Shown here piece by piece: positions 49,658-56,986 of a stretch of 64,000 bases of DNA. Below the pieces are notes generated by a model that worked only from the letters and a program-made list of their open reading frames with translations, made no database searches and was not told the origin of the DNA. The DNA is taken from IMG/VR virus record IMGVR_UViG_3300013195_000003, positions 14,524-78,523 of that record; one strand, given 5' to 3'. Positions within the stretch are counted from its first letter, which is position 1; the number at the start of each line of letters is the position of its first letter. The position numbers and the translations under genes are program-made. This DNA comes from a virus.

Positions 49658-50074
49658 ATGATCTCCCTCCCCAACCCCAAGTCCGAGACCTTCGCTGAGT
49701 TCTGTGCCAGCGCTGATGCTCGCAACACCATTCAACTCAACGTCCGCAAGTGGACGCTGATGCTGTGTGATGCACTGGAGATGAACTTTAAGTCTCGCAA
49801 TCGTGGTGTCGTTGCTGGTCGCGAGGCACCTGAGTACAAGTTTGTGATCGAAGAGGGTCGCAAGTATCTCAAGATCATTATGGAAGTTCCTAACGAGAAC
49901 CGTCCTCCCTCCCGCAGTGTTCACGCCTTTGTTGATAAGAAGACTGGTGAAGTCTACAAGGCAGCATCATTCAAAGCTCCTGCTAAGCACGTTCGCTTTG
50001 ATCTGCGCCTGATCAAGGATCGTGAGTGGTTGCTGGAGCACGCTGATTGGGCAGGTGGTTATCTTTACAAATGA
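49658..50074 (+). CDS. Conserved phage hypothetical protein
   Basis: KY.KI.......SVHAFVDKKTG.VYKAAS.KAPAK.VRFDL motif familiar from myovirus early regions. Confidence 0.75.
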   Translation: MISLPNPKSETFAEFCASADARNTIQLNVRKWTLMLCDALEMNFKSRNRGVVAGREAPEYKFVIEEGRKYLKIIMEVPNENRPPSRSVHAFVDKKTGEVYKAASFKAPAKHVRFDLRLIKDREWLLEHADWAGGYLYK

Positions 50075-50174
50075 TTAGTTACGGTTCACGAGTACGGCAA
50101 CGTGTCGTACTCATTCTTCCTATCTTGCAATTCATCATTGCATTGGTTACACTGTTCAAACTTGACTCACACCT

Positions 50175-50408
50175 ATGCACAAAACCATTCTAGAGAAAAA
50201 CGGTTTCCGTTTCGTTACAGCTGGTACACTAGAGAACGGTCAACCTGATTATCGCTTGCAAACGCAAGATGAGTATACTAATCGTTGGCGTGATGTATAC
50301 TATTTTGACAATGAGATGCAATTCTCGCTCGCTATCGAAGATAACGAGTATCCTAAATGGTTAACGGGTCAACCCTGTTACATTAAAGACACCGTATCTC
50401 GTCACTAA
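50175..50408 (+). CDS. Hypothetical protein
   Basis: Clean ORF in the early cluster. Confidence 0.65.
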   Translation: MHKTILEKNGFRFVTAGTLENGQPDYRLQTQDEYTNRWRDVYYFDNEMQFSLAIEDNEYPKWLTGQPCYIKDTVSRH

Positions 50409-50412
50409 GCTT

Positions 50413-50706
50413 ATGTTTGAAATTGGAGATTGGATTCACGCACCCCACTGCAATGTCAGTGGTATGGTATTCTTCATTGATGAACAATACATCACGGTTA
50501 CAATAAAATGTGATCTCCAAGATCAACACGCTCGCTGCCCTTATGACATAACGTGTGTATGCGTACCACGTGAACGCTGGGGGGAGTGTGTAGTTTACCC
50601 CGAAAAAAAGATCAATTCACTAACACAATTGCACAAGGTTTATGCTGGTACCTCAGAAAAGCGAATTGCTACATTTAAAACTTCAGGCAGCCTTGCGGGA
50701 GTATGA
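50413..50706 (+). CDS. Hypothetical protein
   Basis: Clean ORF in the early cluster; Cys-rich. Confidence 0.55.
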   Translation: MFEIGDWIHAPHCNVSGMVFFIDEQYITVTIKCDLQDQHARCPYDITCVCVPRERWGECVVYPEKKINSLTQLHKVYAGTSEKRIATFKTSGSLAGV

Positions 50707-50839
50707 TTTCCCTGAGACTGAGCTGCGTTATCTTGGTATTCAAGACCAAGATGATGGCACCCCAAATCATTACTATTTGATTGCTGGTGAGCATAGAGTA
50801 TGTGTTGATCAGATCGAAGACTTTGAACAGGTGTCCTGA
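50642..50839 (+). CDS. Hypothetical protein
   Basis: HLKLQAALRE..FP..EL.YLG......H.YLI.GEH.V pattern; overlaps the upstream ORF. Confidence 0.6.
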   Translation: MLVPQKSELLHLKLQAALREYDFPETELRYLGIQDQDDGTPNHYYLIAGEHRVCVDQIEDFEQVS

Positions 50840-50876
50840 GACCCCTCTACAATCCCCTACAACACAATGAAACACT

Positions 50877-51449
50877 ATGGCAAGTACCATTGCATCAGTA
50901 GCACTAGTTTGTGCCCTCTGTAGTCCATCTGAGCAGACTGTCTTAAATGTCATACAAGAAGATGGCGTCACAGATAAAAATGCAGCTGCTGTTATTCTTG
51001 CTAACATTAAACAAGAATCAAACTTCAACCCGTTAGCGTGTGAAGGATTTTATCCTGCGCTTGCTAACTCATATGAGCACTGCTATAACAATACACGCGG
51101 AGGATTTGGTCTTCTGCAGTGGACATCCGAGGCACGTATCAAGGGTCTTGGTACATTCTGCGCAACATACAATTGCGATCCGAGCACAGTCGCGGGACAA
51201 ATGCGCTACCTAGTCAATGAATATGACTACACATTAGTGCGTCCCGTGTTCACTACACCTGGACTTCCGCTCCAAGAGTATAAAGACGCAGCTTTTGCGT
51301 GGATTCGTTGGGGCATCACTGGTCACAGGTGGACCTATGCAAATGAATACATCAATAAAATCAATGAAGTACAGCGTCCAGTGGAGGAAGCCCAAGAAAA
51401 AAAGTGGATACACCGCCAAGCAAAGCGTGGTGGTCTACAACTTGGATGA
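50877..51449 (+). CDS. Phage tail-lysozyme-like muramidase with N-terminal hydrophobic leader
   Basis: NAAAVILANIKQESNFNP (catalytic Glu), GGFGLLQWTS..R...L and GQM.YL..E motifs. Confidence 0.75.
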   Translation: MASTIASVALVCALCSPSEQTVLNVIQEDGVTDKNAAAVILANIKQESNFNPLACEGFYPALANSYEHCYNNTRGGFGLLQWTSEARIKGLGTFCATYNCDPSTVAGQMRYLVNEYDYTLVRPVFTTPGLPLQEYKDAAFAWIRWGITGHRWTYANEYINKINEVQRPVEEAQEKKWIHRQAKRGGLQLG

Positions 51450-51528
51450 TGCTCGACACATTATGGAGAACCTTGCTAAGGATCCCGCAATAACGTGCAT
51501 CGATGTGATGCCAGTGTTCGGTTCATAA
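51364..51528 (+). CDS. Hypothetical protein (54 aa)
   Basis: MKYSVQWRKPKKKSGYTAKQSVVVYNLDDA; overlaps the lysozyme 3' end by 86 nt. Confidence 0.5.
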   Translation: MKYSVQWRKPKKKSGYTAKQSVVVYNLDDARHIMENLAKDPAITCIDVMPVFGS

Positions 51529-51572
51529 GCTGGCACAGAGCCCCTGTCGCACTGCGGCGGGGGCATTATAAT
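51527..51572 (+). promoter_or_regulatory. Early promoter cassette with GC hairpin
   Basis: AAGCTGGCAC half-site, CCCCTGTCGC-ACT-GCGGCGGGG hairpin, TATAAT at 51567-51572. Confidence 0.6.
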
Positions 51573-51599
51573 AGGTACATACCAAACGAGGGAGACTCG

Positions 51600-51851
51600 A
51601 TGACCGTCCAAACCGTCAAGCACTGCTACTACAAGATCGAGATCGACACCGTGGACGCTCCCCAGCACCCCATCATCTACTTCCGCAAGTGTGGCAAGTG
51701 CACCACTGCTAAGGGCGCTGACCGCCAGCACAATCGCATCGTGAACGAGACTGTCGATGCCTGGCGTCAGTTCTCTCAGCAGATTCGTCGCTACACTATC
51801 TCTCGCGTCCCTGCTGACGTGGTTGTCAAAGGCGAGATCCGTAACGCCTGA
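51600..51851 (+). CDS. Hypothetical protein (83 aa)
   Basis: ATG 51600 after a GGAG Shine-Dalgarno; the upstream extension in the track runs through the promoter. Confidence 0.65.
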   Translation: MTVQTVKHCYYKIEIDTVDAPQHPIIYFRKCGKCTTAKGADRQHNRIVNETVDAWRQFSQQIRRYTISRVPADVVVKGEIRNA

Positions 51852-52003
51852 TGCGGGGTATCTGGTCATTGGCATCAGTTGTGGTCACGGGTGGTCTCAT
51901 CTATGTCTGTATGATGCCAGCAGACGCTCAAGCTGAGACCGTGCAAACAATCGTGGACCTGATCCATTCTGCTCCCAAGGCACGCGACGGCGAGACCTAC
52001 TAG
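51851..52003 (+). CDS. Small membrane/secreted hypothetical protein (50 aa; not in track)
   Basis: MRGIWSLASVVVTGGLIYVCMMPADAQAETVQ...; TGATG coupling. Confidence 0.5.
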   Translation: MRGIWSLASVVVTGGLIYVCMMPADAQAETVQTIVDLIHSAPKARDGETY

Positions 52004-52059
52004 GACAGTCCACACAGTGTCCACTCTCCCCCTGACACTGCCCGCTCTTGCCCTATAAT
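52003..52059 (+). promoter_or_regulatory. Early promoter cassette (dyad + CTGACA/TATAAT)
   Basis: GGACAGT-CCACAC-AGTGTCCAC at 52003-52024; -10 at 52054-52059. Confidence 0.7.
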
Positions 52060-52082
52060 ATGTTCATCAGCAAAGGACACCA

Positions 52083-52322
52083 ATGCAACTCCTGACCTCC
52101 GCCACACAGATTGACTACTATCCCGTCACTCCTGCTGGCAAGCGCTATGTGCGTCGTGTCACCTGGCATCCTGGTGCTGACACCGAGATGACCACATTCT
52201 CCACCATCGTTAAGTCTGAGATGATCTACGATGCTAACCAGCACATTGCCAACGGTGCTCAGGTTACAGACTTCAATGTTCATTGCTACAACGGTTCTGA
52301 CTACGCTCCTCTCTCCTGCTGA
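52083..52322 (+). CDS. Hypothetical protein
   Basis: First ORF after the promoter. Confidence 0.65.
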   Translation: MQLLTSATQIDYYPVTPAGKRYVRRVTWHPGADTEMTTFSTIVKSEMIYDANQHIANGAQVTDFNVHCYNGSDYAPLSC

Positions 52323-52324
52323 TT

Positions 52325-52486
52325 ATGCTCAAAGCAACTATTATCAAGACCATCCGTGAGTGTTGCGAAGGCACAGCACTAAGTAAGGTTGAGAAGTTCC
52401 AAGTCTTCTGCCACGTATGTGACAATATGCTGGCTGAAGGTCACATCACCAAAACACAACACGAGCGTTACACCAATGTTTTCTAA
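52325..52486 (+). CDS. Hypothetical protein (53 aa; not in track)
   Basis: MLKATIIKTIRECCEGTALSKVEKFQVFCHVCDNMLAEGHITKTQHERYTNVF*. Confidence 0.6.
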   Translation: MLKATIIKTIRECCEGTALSKVEKFQVFCHVCDNMLAEGHITKTQHERYTNVF

Positions 52487-52649
52487 AGCTGACACCGACT
52501 TCATTGATTTTCTCTTCGGCAAACTCACCTCACTTGTAGATGTCGAAGAACTTGATCTCCACGATGATGACACTTGCTGTGATCATCTTGAACTAAAAGC
52601 AGCAGAGCTTGAGATGACTGTTGACGAAATGCTGCACGCTGATCTATAA
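52476..52649 (+). CDS. Hypothetical protein (57 aa)
   Basis: Acidic ORF; ATG overlaps the previous gene end. Confidence 0.55.
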   Translation: MFSKADTDFIDFLFGKLTSLVDVEELDLHDDDTCCDHLELKAAELEMTVDEMLHADL

Positions 52650-52671
52650 TACTATTGACAATACCTATGCT

Positions 52672-52848
52672 ATGCGTCACTGTATTCGCCTAACTCAAAA
52701 TGAAGTTAAAGTCCTCGCAGATGCCCTCCAGTTCCTCTCAAAGTCCCAGCAAAGAAACGTCGAACGTAGTCATCACACCCGATGTGACGAACTCTACCTC
52801 CACCTCGCAAAAGAGCTCGGACGACTTGAATCAGAGCAACAGGTATGA
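52672..52848 (+). CDS. Hypothetical protein (58 aa)
   Basis: Follows TTGACG-N18-TATAAT (52621-52650). Confidence 0.55.
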   Translation: MRHCIRLTQNEVKVLADALQFLSKSQQRNVERSHHTRCDELYLHLAKELGRLESEQQV

Positions 52849-52867
52849 TGATACATACCGTAAGCAT

Positions 52868-53077
52868 ATGCGCGGGATGTTAGATGACATTGTTATGGAG
52901 TACATTAACGACGATACAAATGTTACTCCATACGACTTCATCAGCGACCTCAAGACAAGCTTGTATGAAATACAGGATTACTATCAGGGTCAGATGAATC
53001 GTGTCAATGCCATCCTTGCTTATCTCAATGGTGAACAATCACCTCACCTCTTTGATCGTAAATCTAAAGAAATGTAG
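52868..53077 (+). CDS. Hypothetical protein (start uncertain; frame open from 52700)
   Basis: Helical acidic ORF MRGMLDDIVMEYI...LAYL. Confidence 0.5.
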   Translation: MRGMLDDIVMEYINDDTNVTPYDFISDLKTSLYEIQDYYQGQMNRVNAILAYLNGEQSPHLFDRKSKEM

Positions 53078-53142
53078 GTGATTGTACAACAATCCCAGTC
53101 CTGATCTGATAAAATACTATTGTCATTTCAACACACAACTCT

Positions 53143-53328
53143 ATGGACACTGAATCAAAAACTGAAAAACGCCGTAGAGCATTGGGATTGTTCATTGAAT
53201 CAGTATACAAACCTGATCCTCAGCTTCGCCAATGTGCACATAATCAGATTTGTTACCACGAGTTGTTAGAGTACAGAGATGAAGTTCTCCAATATCTGTA
53301 CTCTAAGTATGACAGCGAATTCAATTAA
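53143..53328 (+). CDS. Conserved cyanophage hypothetical protein
   Basis: KRRRAL.LFIESV.KPD..LRQCAHNQ.CYHEL.E.R.EVL.YL pattern. Confidence 0.7.
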   Translation: MDTESKTEKRRRALGLFIESVYKPDPQLRQCAHNQICYHELLEYRDEVLQYLYSKYDSEFN

Positions 53329-53963
53329 GTATTCTTGAAGTAACGGATCATTCCTTCACTAGGAACAATATATGATCCTTCTTCAGTGTCATTAGTTTCA
53401 CTACACATACGAGGCATTCTACTCGCCCACGTTGTTGCAATGTATTTTGTACCACCGATGGGCGGGTTTCCTCTATGTACGTGTGTATAACTTGCAGGGA
53501 AGATAACAGTCTTGCCCTTCTCTGGTTTCACACGTACACCTTGATATAAGAATTCAGTTTCACCACCTTCAAAATCATCATTGAGGTATGTAATGATCAC
53601 AAATTGTCTGCCTTGTGTCAAGAAACCAGCTCCATCATAATGCCAACGATGGAAACCCTCACCTGGATTAGTTGCTTGTACTTTAGTAGCATCCATATAG
53701 TAATCTTGCTGTGCTAGATGTTGAAATTCATCCAGATATTTTGTACCAGCAAGCTTTGACCATTGAGTATGGAGAGTATGACGTAAATCAGGTCTTGATC
53801 CTTCAGTTAACCAAAATTGAAAGTCTTTACGATCAATTGTATCTTGCTTAACTGACACTTCATTCTTACTCGCACCACTACGTAATTCTTCTGCATAAGC
53901 AATCAATGCATCACAAAAACTACTAGGTGCGTGGTTTTTATATTCACGAATAAAGTTCTCCAT
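53325..53963 (-). CDS. 2OG-Fe(II) oxygenase (prolyl-4-hydroxylase-like)
   Basis: GEGFHRWHYD, YLNDDFEGGETEF, GK.VIFPA.YTHVHRGNPP..G.KYIAT.W. Confidence 0.88.
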   Translation of the reverse strand: MENFIREYKNHAPSSFCDALIAYAEELRSGASKNEVSVKQDTIDRKDFQFWLTEGSRPDLRHTLHTQWSKLAGTKYLDEFQHLAQQDYYMDATKVQATNPGEGFHRWHYDGAGFLTQGRQFVIITYLNDDFEGGETEFLYQGVRVKPEKGKTVIFPASYTHVHRGNPPIGGTKYIATTWASRMPRMCSETNDTEEGSYIVPSEGMIRYFKNT

Positions 53964-54142
53964 TAATTCCTAAGACCACCATCAAAAATAAACTCTTTCG
54001 CCTCTTGAAATGAAGCTAATGTAACTATTGTACCATCATCCTTGCGGACTGTAAACCCATCCTCGGTCTCATCAATCAAATGAGCAAACATTCTATCTTC
54101 TAACTCATCTAAATCAAACGAGTCACAATTCTTGCATCCCAT
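53963..54142 (-). CDS. Hypothetical protein (59 aa; not in track)
   Basis: MGCKNCDSFDLDELEDRMFAHLIDETEDGFTVRKDDGTIVTLASFQEAKEFIFDGGLRN*; TAATG-coupled to the oxygenase. Confidence 0.6.
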   Translation of the reverse strand: MGCKNCDSFDLDELEDRMFAHLIDETEDGFTVRKDDGTIVTLASFQEAKEFIFDGGLRN

Positions 54143-54144
54143 AG

Positions 54145-54173
54145 TATAATACTGGAAACGACACCACTATTTA
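54145..54173. promoter_or_regulatory. Overlapping divergent promoters: early TATAAT (+) and late TAAATA (-)
   Basis: TATAAT at 54145-54150 (+); TATTTA at 54168-54173 (TAAATA on -). Confidence 0.6.
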
Positions 54174-54180
54174 CCCACCA

Positions 54181-54477
54181 ATGATTGATGTCACGCAAAA
54201 CGAAGACGGAAGCTTCAGTGTCTCCTGGGACGAAAACGACCCGAAAGAAAGCATCCTCAACTCCTACACCCAAGACGACTTCAAAGCGCTCATCCAAAAC
54301 TACCTCGACAAAACCCAAGCAGAACAAGACTACGCAGGCAAACGAGGTAAAAACACAACGATCTTTAGAGACAAATCTAAGAGCAAAGGCAACATCACCG
54401 AAGCGTCAGAAGAAGACTACCACGACTTCTGGTACAACTCGCCAGACCCGAAAGTCCAAAAGTTCGGTTTCCATTAA
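54181..54477 (+). CDS. Conserved cyanophage hypothetical protein (acidic)
   Basis: MIDV.QNEDGSF.VSWDENDP.ESILN..T.DDF...I pattern. Confidence 0.65.
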   Translation: MIDVTQNEDGSFSVSWDENDPKESILNSYTQDDFKALIQNYLDKTQAEQDYAGKRGKNTTIFRDKSKSKGNITEASEEDYHDFWYNSPDPKVQKFGFH

Positions 54478-54676
54478 ACCACCAACACGTTCGCGTGACC
54501 TGACATTATTCCCACATAAGGCATTTCCATATAGAATAGAGATTAAGAATGAAAAACGTGTAGCGTGGTTTCAATGTGAAGAGCACGCTATCAAGTTCCT
54601 TCAACGCCATCACCCTAAACCATTCACTCATTTCAAATACTATGTCTTCCCCCAAGATCAACCTGCAACAGCATAA
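54185..54676 (+). CDS. Hypothetical protein with K/T/S/R-rich N-terminus (overlaps 54181 in another frame)
   Basis: C-terminal FPH..FPYRIE.K......WFQCEEHA.K...R looks like a genuine globular domain; true start uncertain. Confidence 0.55.
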   Translation: MMSRKTKTEASVSPGTKTTRKKASSTPTPKTTSKRSSKTTSTKPKQNKTTQANEVKTQRSLETNLRAKATSPKRQKKTTTTSGTTRQTRKSKSSVSIKPPTRSRDLTLFPHKAFPYRIEIKNEKRVAWFQCEEHAIKFLQRHHPKPFTHFKYYVFPQDQPATA

Positions 54677-54911
54677 ACAAGCTCTTAGACAAATCATCTC
54701 TGATCTAATCAATGCTCCCGACACCACATCAACACAATTGTATGATGATCTAAACGACGCCCTGGATAAAGCAATCGAAGATACAACTAATGCCACAGTC
54801 AAAGCACAAGCAATGAAAGATCTGATCTTAGGCAAACGTCCCCTTGATTTGGATAATGGTGTGACACAAGAAGAAGTGACACGTTCTAAGAATATCCCAC
54901 CTAGATACTAG
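54642..54911 (+). CDS. Hypothetical protein (89 aa)
   Basis: Helical ORF; ATG 54642. Confidence 0.6.
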   Translation: MSSPKINLQQHKQALRQIISDLINAPDTTSTQLYDDLNDALDKAIEDTTNATVKAQAMKDLILGKRPLDLDNGVTQEEVTRSKNIPPRY

Positions 54912-54940
54912 TTGACACTCACCCCCACCAGCTGTATAAT
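54912..54940 (+). promoter_or_regulatory. Consensus sigma70 promoter
   Basis: TTGACA (54912-54917), 17-nt spacer, TATAAT (54935-54940). Confidence 0.85.
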
Positions 54941-54962
54941 GAACACATCAACCAACAAACCA

Positions 54963-55127
54963 ATGACTCACGAAGAAATGCTTGAAGTCGCATACCAACG
55001 TGAAACTGAACTCACTGTTGATGATGCACTAGAGGAACTCGCTTACATTGTACAAGGTGGACAAGATGCTGAAGAGTTTCAACAATCAATCAGAGTCATT
55101 GCTCAAGTATTGGAACAGTACAAATGA
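54963..55127 (+). CDS. Hypothetical protein (54 aa)
   Basis: MTHEEMLEVAYQRE; follows the promoter. Confidence 0.55.
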   Translation: MTHEEMLEVAYQRETELTVDDALEELAYIVQGGQDAEEFQQSIRVIAQVLEQYK

Positions 55128-55315
55128 TTACTACAGCATTCAAACTATTCTTTGCATTCACTAGGTGGGGTAAACTATCCAATGATGACATCAGAGTCAT
55201 TAAAACTACATCATTTAAACAACTATTCCACTCACCATACATCATCACCAAGTATAGTTCTAAGAACCAATCATTAGAACAATATACACCAGTACTCCGC
55301 ACGGGAGCTCCCTAG
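55124..55315 (+). CDS. Hypothetical protein
   Basis: ATGA-coupled ORF. Confidence 0.5.
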   Translation: MITTAFKLFFAFTRWGKLSNDDIRVIKTTSFKQLFHSPYIITKYSSKNQSLEQYTPVLRTGAP

Positions 55316-55341
55316 TTACTTCAAGGTATCTCACCAGTAGC

Positions 55342-55374
55342 TGTGGATAACTCTGTGGAAAAACCTGTGGAAAA
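55342..55374 (-). promoter_or_regulatory. Three tandem DnaA-box matches (12-nt period)
   Basis: TGTGGATAA 55342-50, TGTGGAAAA 55354-62 and TGTGGAAAA 55366-74; these read TTATCCACA/TTTTCCACA on the minus strand and all fit TTWTNCACA. Confidence 0.6.
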
Positions 55375-55447
55375 CTAAATGGTTAAAAAAACATAGGTTG
55401 TGTGTTCTATTCAGCTCAGTCCTTGTAGTCTTAGCACGCAACCTATC

Positions 55448-55550
55448 GAAAGTCAAGAATCTGTAAAACTCCGAAATCTCAGAAATCTTAAAATCTTAAA
55501 AAGTCAAAAAGTTTAAAAAGTCAAATTTTAAGATTTAAAGATTAAATAGA
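55448..55550. repeat. AT-rich short tandem repeats (8-9 nt units) with internal inverted repeat
   Basis: GAAATCTCA GAAATCTTA AAATCTTA AAAAGTCA AAAAGTTT AAAAAGTCA ...; AAATCTTAAA is mirrored by TTTAAGATTT. Confidence 0.8.
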
Positions 55551-55552
55551 CT

Positions 55553-55582
55553 TTGCCAAACCCCGTGTGGGTATGGTATAAT
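55553..55582 (+). promoter_or_regulatory. sigma70-type promoter
   Basis: TTGCCA-N18-TATAAT with TG extension. Confidence 0.65.
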
Positions 55583-55603
55583 ACTACTGTTAACGTTTAA
55601 CCT

Positions 55604-56005
55604 ATGACTACTAAGTACGAAGAACTACCATCTACAGCTATTGAGTATATGGAACTAGACTTTGATAGTTCTGTAGTTAAACTAGTATATAAATCCAATA
55701 CTAATAAACAGTATGGATATAAATGTGAAGATCTAGACGAATTTCAGAGTGCTTTTATGCAACTCTGTGGAAAACTAGAAGCTGAACAAGATAGAGACGA
55801 TGAAGATAATCTCATTGAATCTGAAGAAGATACTATTGCTAGAGAAGATGCTAGTATTGGTAAGTTTATTAATCAAAGAATTCAATTGAGCAATCTAAAG
55901 CTAGACTATATCCTAGAGTTAACTCAGGATATGACTGAGAAGGGATGGGATAGTTTTGACGGTAGTACTGTACCACAAAATGCTGTTATTGTTGGTGATG
56001 AGTGA
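55604..56005 (+). CDS. KTSC-like domain protein
   Basis: PSTAIEYM..D.....V.LVYKS....Y.Y and later SIGKFIN..I resemble KTSC with an acidic insertion; by-eye match. Confidence 0.5.
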   Translation: MTTKYEELPSTAIEYMELDFDSSVVKLVYKSNTNKQYGYKCEDLDEFQSAFMQLCGKLEAEQDRDDEDNLIESEEDTIAREDASIGKFINQRIQLSNLKLDYILELTQDMTEKGWDSFDGSTVPQNAVIVGDE

Positions 56006-56059
56006 CAGTTTTTGTACTGTCCACTAACACTTGCATTTTGAATCTACCTGTGCCATAGT
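56003..56059 (+). promoter_or_regulatory. Early promoter cassette (dyad + TTGCAT-N17-CATAGT)
   Basis: TGACAGTT-TTTG-TACTGTCCAC at 56003-56024. Confidence 0.6.
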
Positions 56060-56080
56060 ATCACTATCGACACAAATCGA

Positions 56081-56332
56081 ATGACCAATCAATCACCAAA
56101 CGAGTCTGATCTTTTCTCCCTAAAGGAGAACTATTCAAACCACATTATTGACTCGATGGATATGGATTCCCTCGTGCAATTTGCGTTCGATAACTTAATC
56201 GAATACTTCAAAGATCACACCTGGGATGATATGTGTGAAGAGATCAAATCTCTCTATGATGAAGATACTTTGATCGACCTGTTGCCAGAGGCAGCTGATG
56301 TGACAGTTCAAGAGGTGTCCACTACCCCTTGA
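56081..56332 (+). CDS. Hypothetical protein
   Basis: Acidic ORF; its C-terminus runs into the next promoter cassette. Confidence 0.6.
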   Translation: MTNQSPNESDLFSLKENYSNHIIDSMDMDSLVQFAFDNLIEYFKDHTWDDMCEEIKSLYDEDTLIDLLPEAADVTVQEVSTTP

Positions 56333-56357
56333 CCTGACCCCCCATCTCCTGTATCTT
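56301..56357 (+). promoter_or_regulatory. Early promoter cassette (dyad + TTGACC-N17-TATCTT)
   Basis: TGACAGTT-CAAG-AGGTGTCCAC at 56301-56322. Confidence 0.7.
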
Positions 56358-56384
56358 ATAGAAGTCAACCAAACACGACACCAA

Positions 56385-56708
56385 ATGCGCAAGATCGAAT
56401 CCCTGATGAACGCTGCAGTTTCTAACAACAAGAACTGGACAAACAGCAACACCAGTGTTACGTATTGCCCCGAATCTGACGAGTCCCGTGTATACCTGCA
56501 CGGCAACCACATTGCCACTGTGGGTGACAACTTCCTTCAAATCTTTGATGGTGGTTGGCAATCCAACACCACCAAATCTCGCCTGAATGCTCTCATCAAT
56601 TGCTTCTGTAATGGTGTGACCGATGGTGTACATCAGAAGGACTTTGCTTGGTACATTCGTGACAACAATGTGACCCGCGATTTCGTTAACGGTTACATCT
56701 TCGCTTGA
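56385..56708 (+). CDS. Conserved cyanophage early hypothetical protein
   Basis: MRKIE..M..A......W...NT.V......S.VYLHGN.IA.V......IFDGGWQS.TTKSRLNAL pattern. Confidence 0.75.
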   Translation: MRKIESLMNAAVSNNKNWTNSNTSVTYCPESDESRVYLHGNHIATVGDNFLQIFDGGWQSNTTKSRLNALINCFCNGVTDGVHQKDFAWYIRDNNVTRDFVNGYIFA

Positions 56709-56720
56709 ACGTGTTACAAT

Positions 56721-56749
56721 GGGCGGGTATAAATAACCCGTCCTTTTTT
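56721..56749 (+). terminator. Intrinsic terminator with TAAATA in the loop
   Basis: GGGCGGGT-ATAAATA-ACCCGTCC-TTTTTT. Confidence 0.75.
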
Positions 56750-56957
56750 GTATCTTATGACTATCACCAGAGACGGACTAATTCGCGAGTTAGTTGCACA
56801 ACGGATGAAGACAGTTGAGGGTGAGAAGTATACAGAAACTCTCCATCAATTGTACAAAAATTATGAGGACATCGACCTCGAATCCATTGTTGCACGATAT
56901 AACTTAGAATTCAGCCGAGCTGTGACAGTTGACGAGGTGTCCACTTTGCTCCCCTAA
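56748..56957 (+). CDS. Hypothetical protein
   Basis: Helical ORF ending in cassette-derived VTVDEVSTLLP. Confidence 0.55.
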   Translation: MYLMTITRDGLIRELVAQRMKTVEGEKYTETLHQLYKNYEDIDLESIVARYNLEFSRAVTVDEVSTLLP

Positions 56958-56980
56958 ACTGCAGACCCTGTGCCTATAAT
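56923..56980 (+). promoter_or_regulatory. Early promoter cassette (dyad + TATAAT)
   Basis: TGACAGTT-GACG-AGGTGTCCAC at 56923-56944; TATAAT at 56975-56980. Confidence 0.7.
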
Positions 56981-56986
56981 GTCTGT

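Noticed and set aside
50821-50860. Tenth promoter cassette before the lysozyme gene
   Set aside because: Only a half-site (AGGTGTCC) is present, and the TACAAT is about 10 nt away rather than the 29-31 nt seen in the other copies.
51435-51875. 146-aa minus-strand ORF and other minus ORFs in the GC-rich early region (e.g. 58198-58575)
   Set aside because: They oppose promoter-supported plus-strand genes, and high GC content makes long stop-free antisense frames common.
55448-55550. CRISPR array or satellite
   Set aside because: The units are 8-9 nt, degenerate and lack unique spacers; no cas genes are present in the window.
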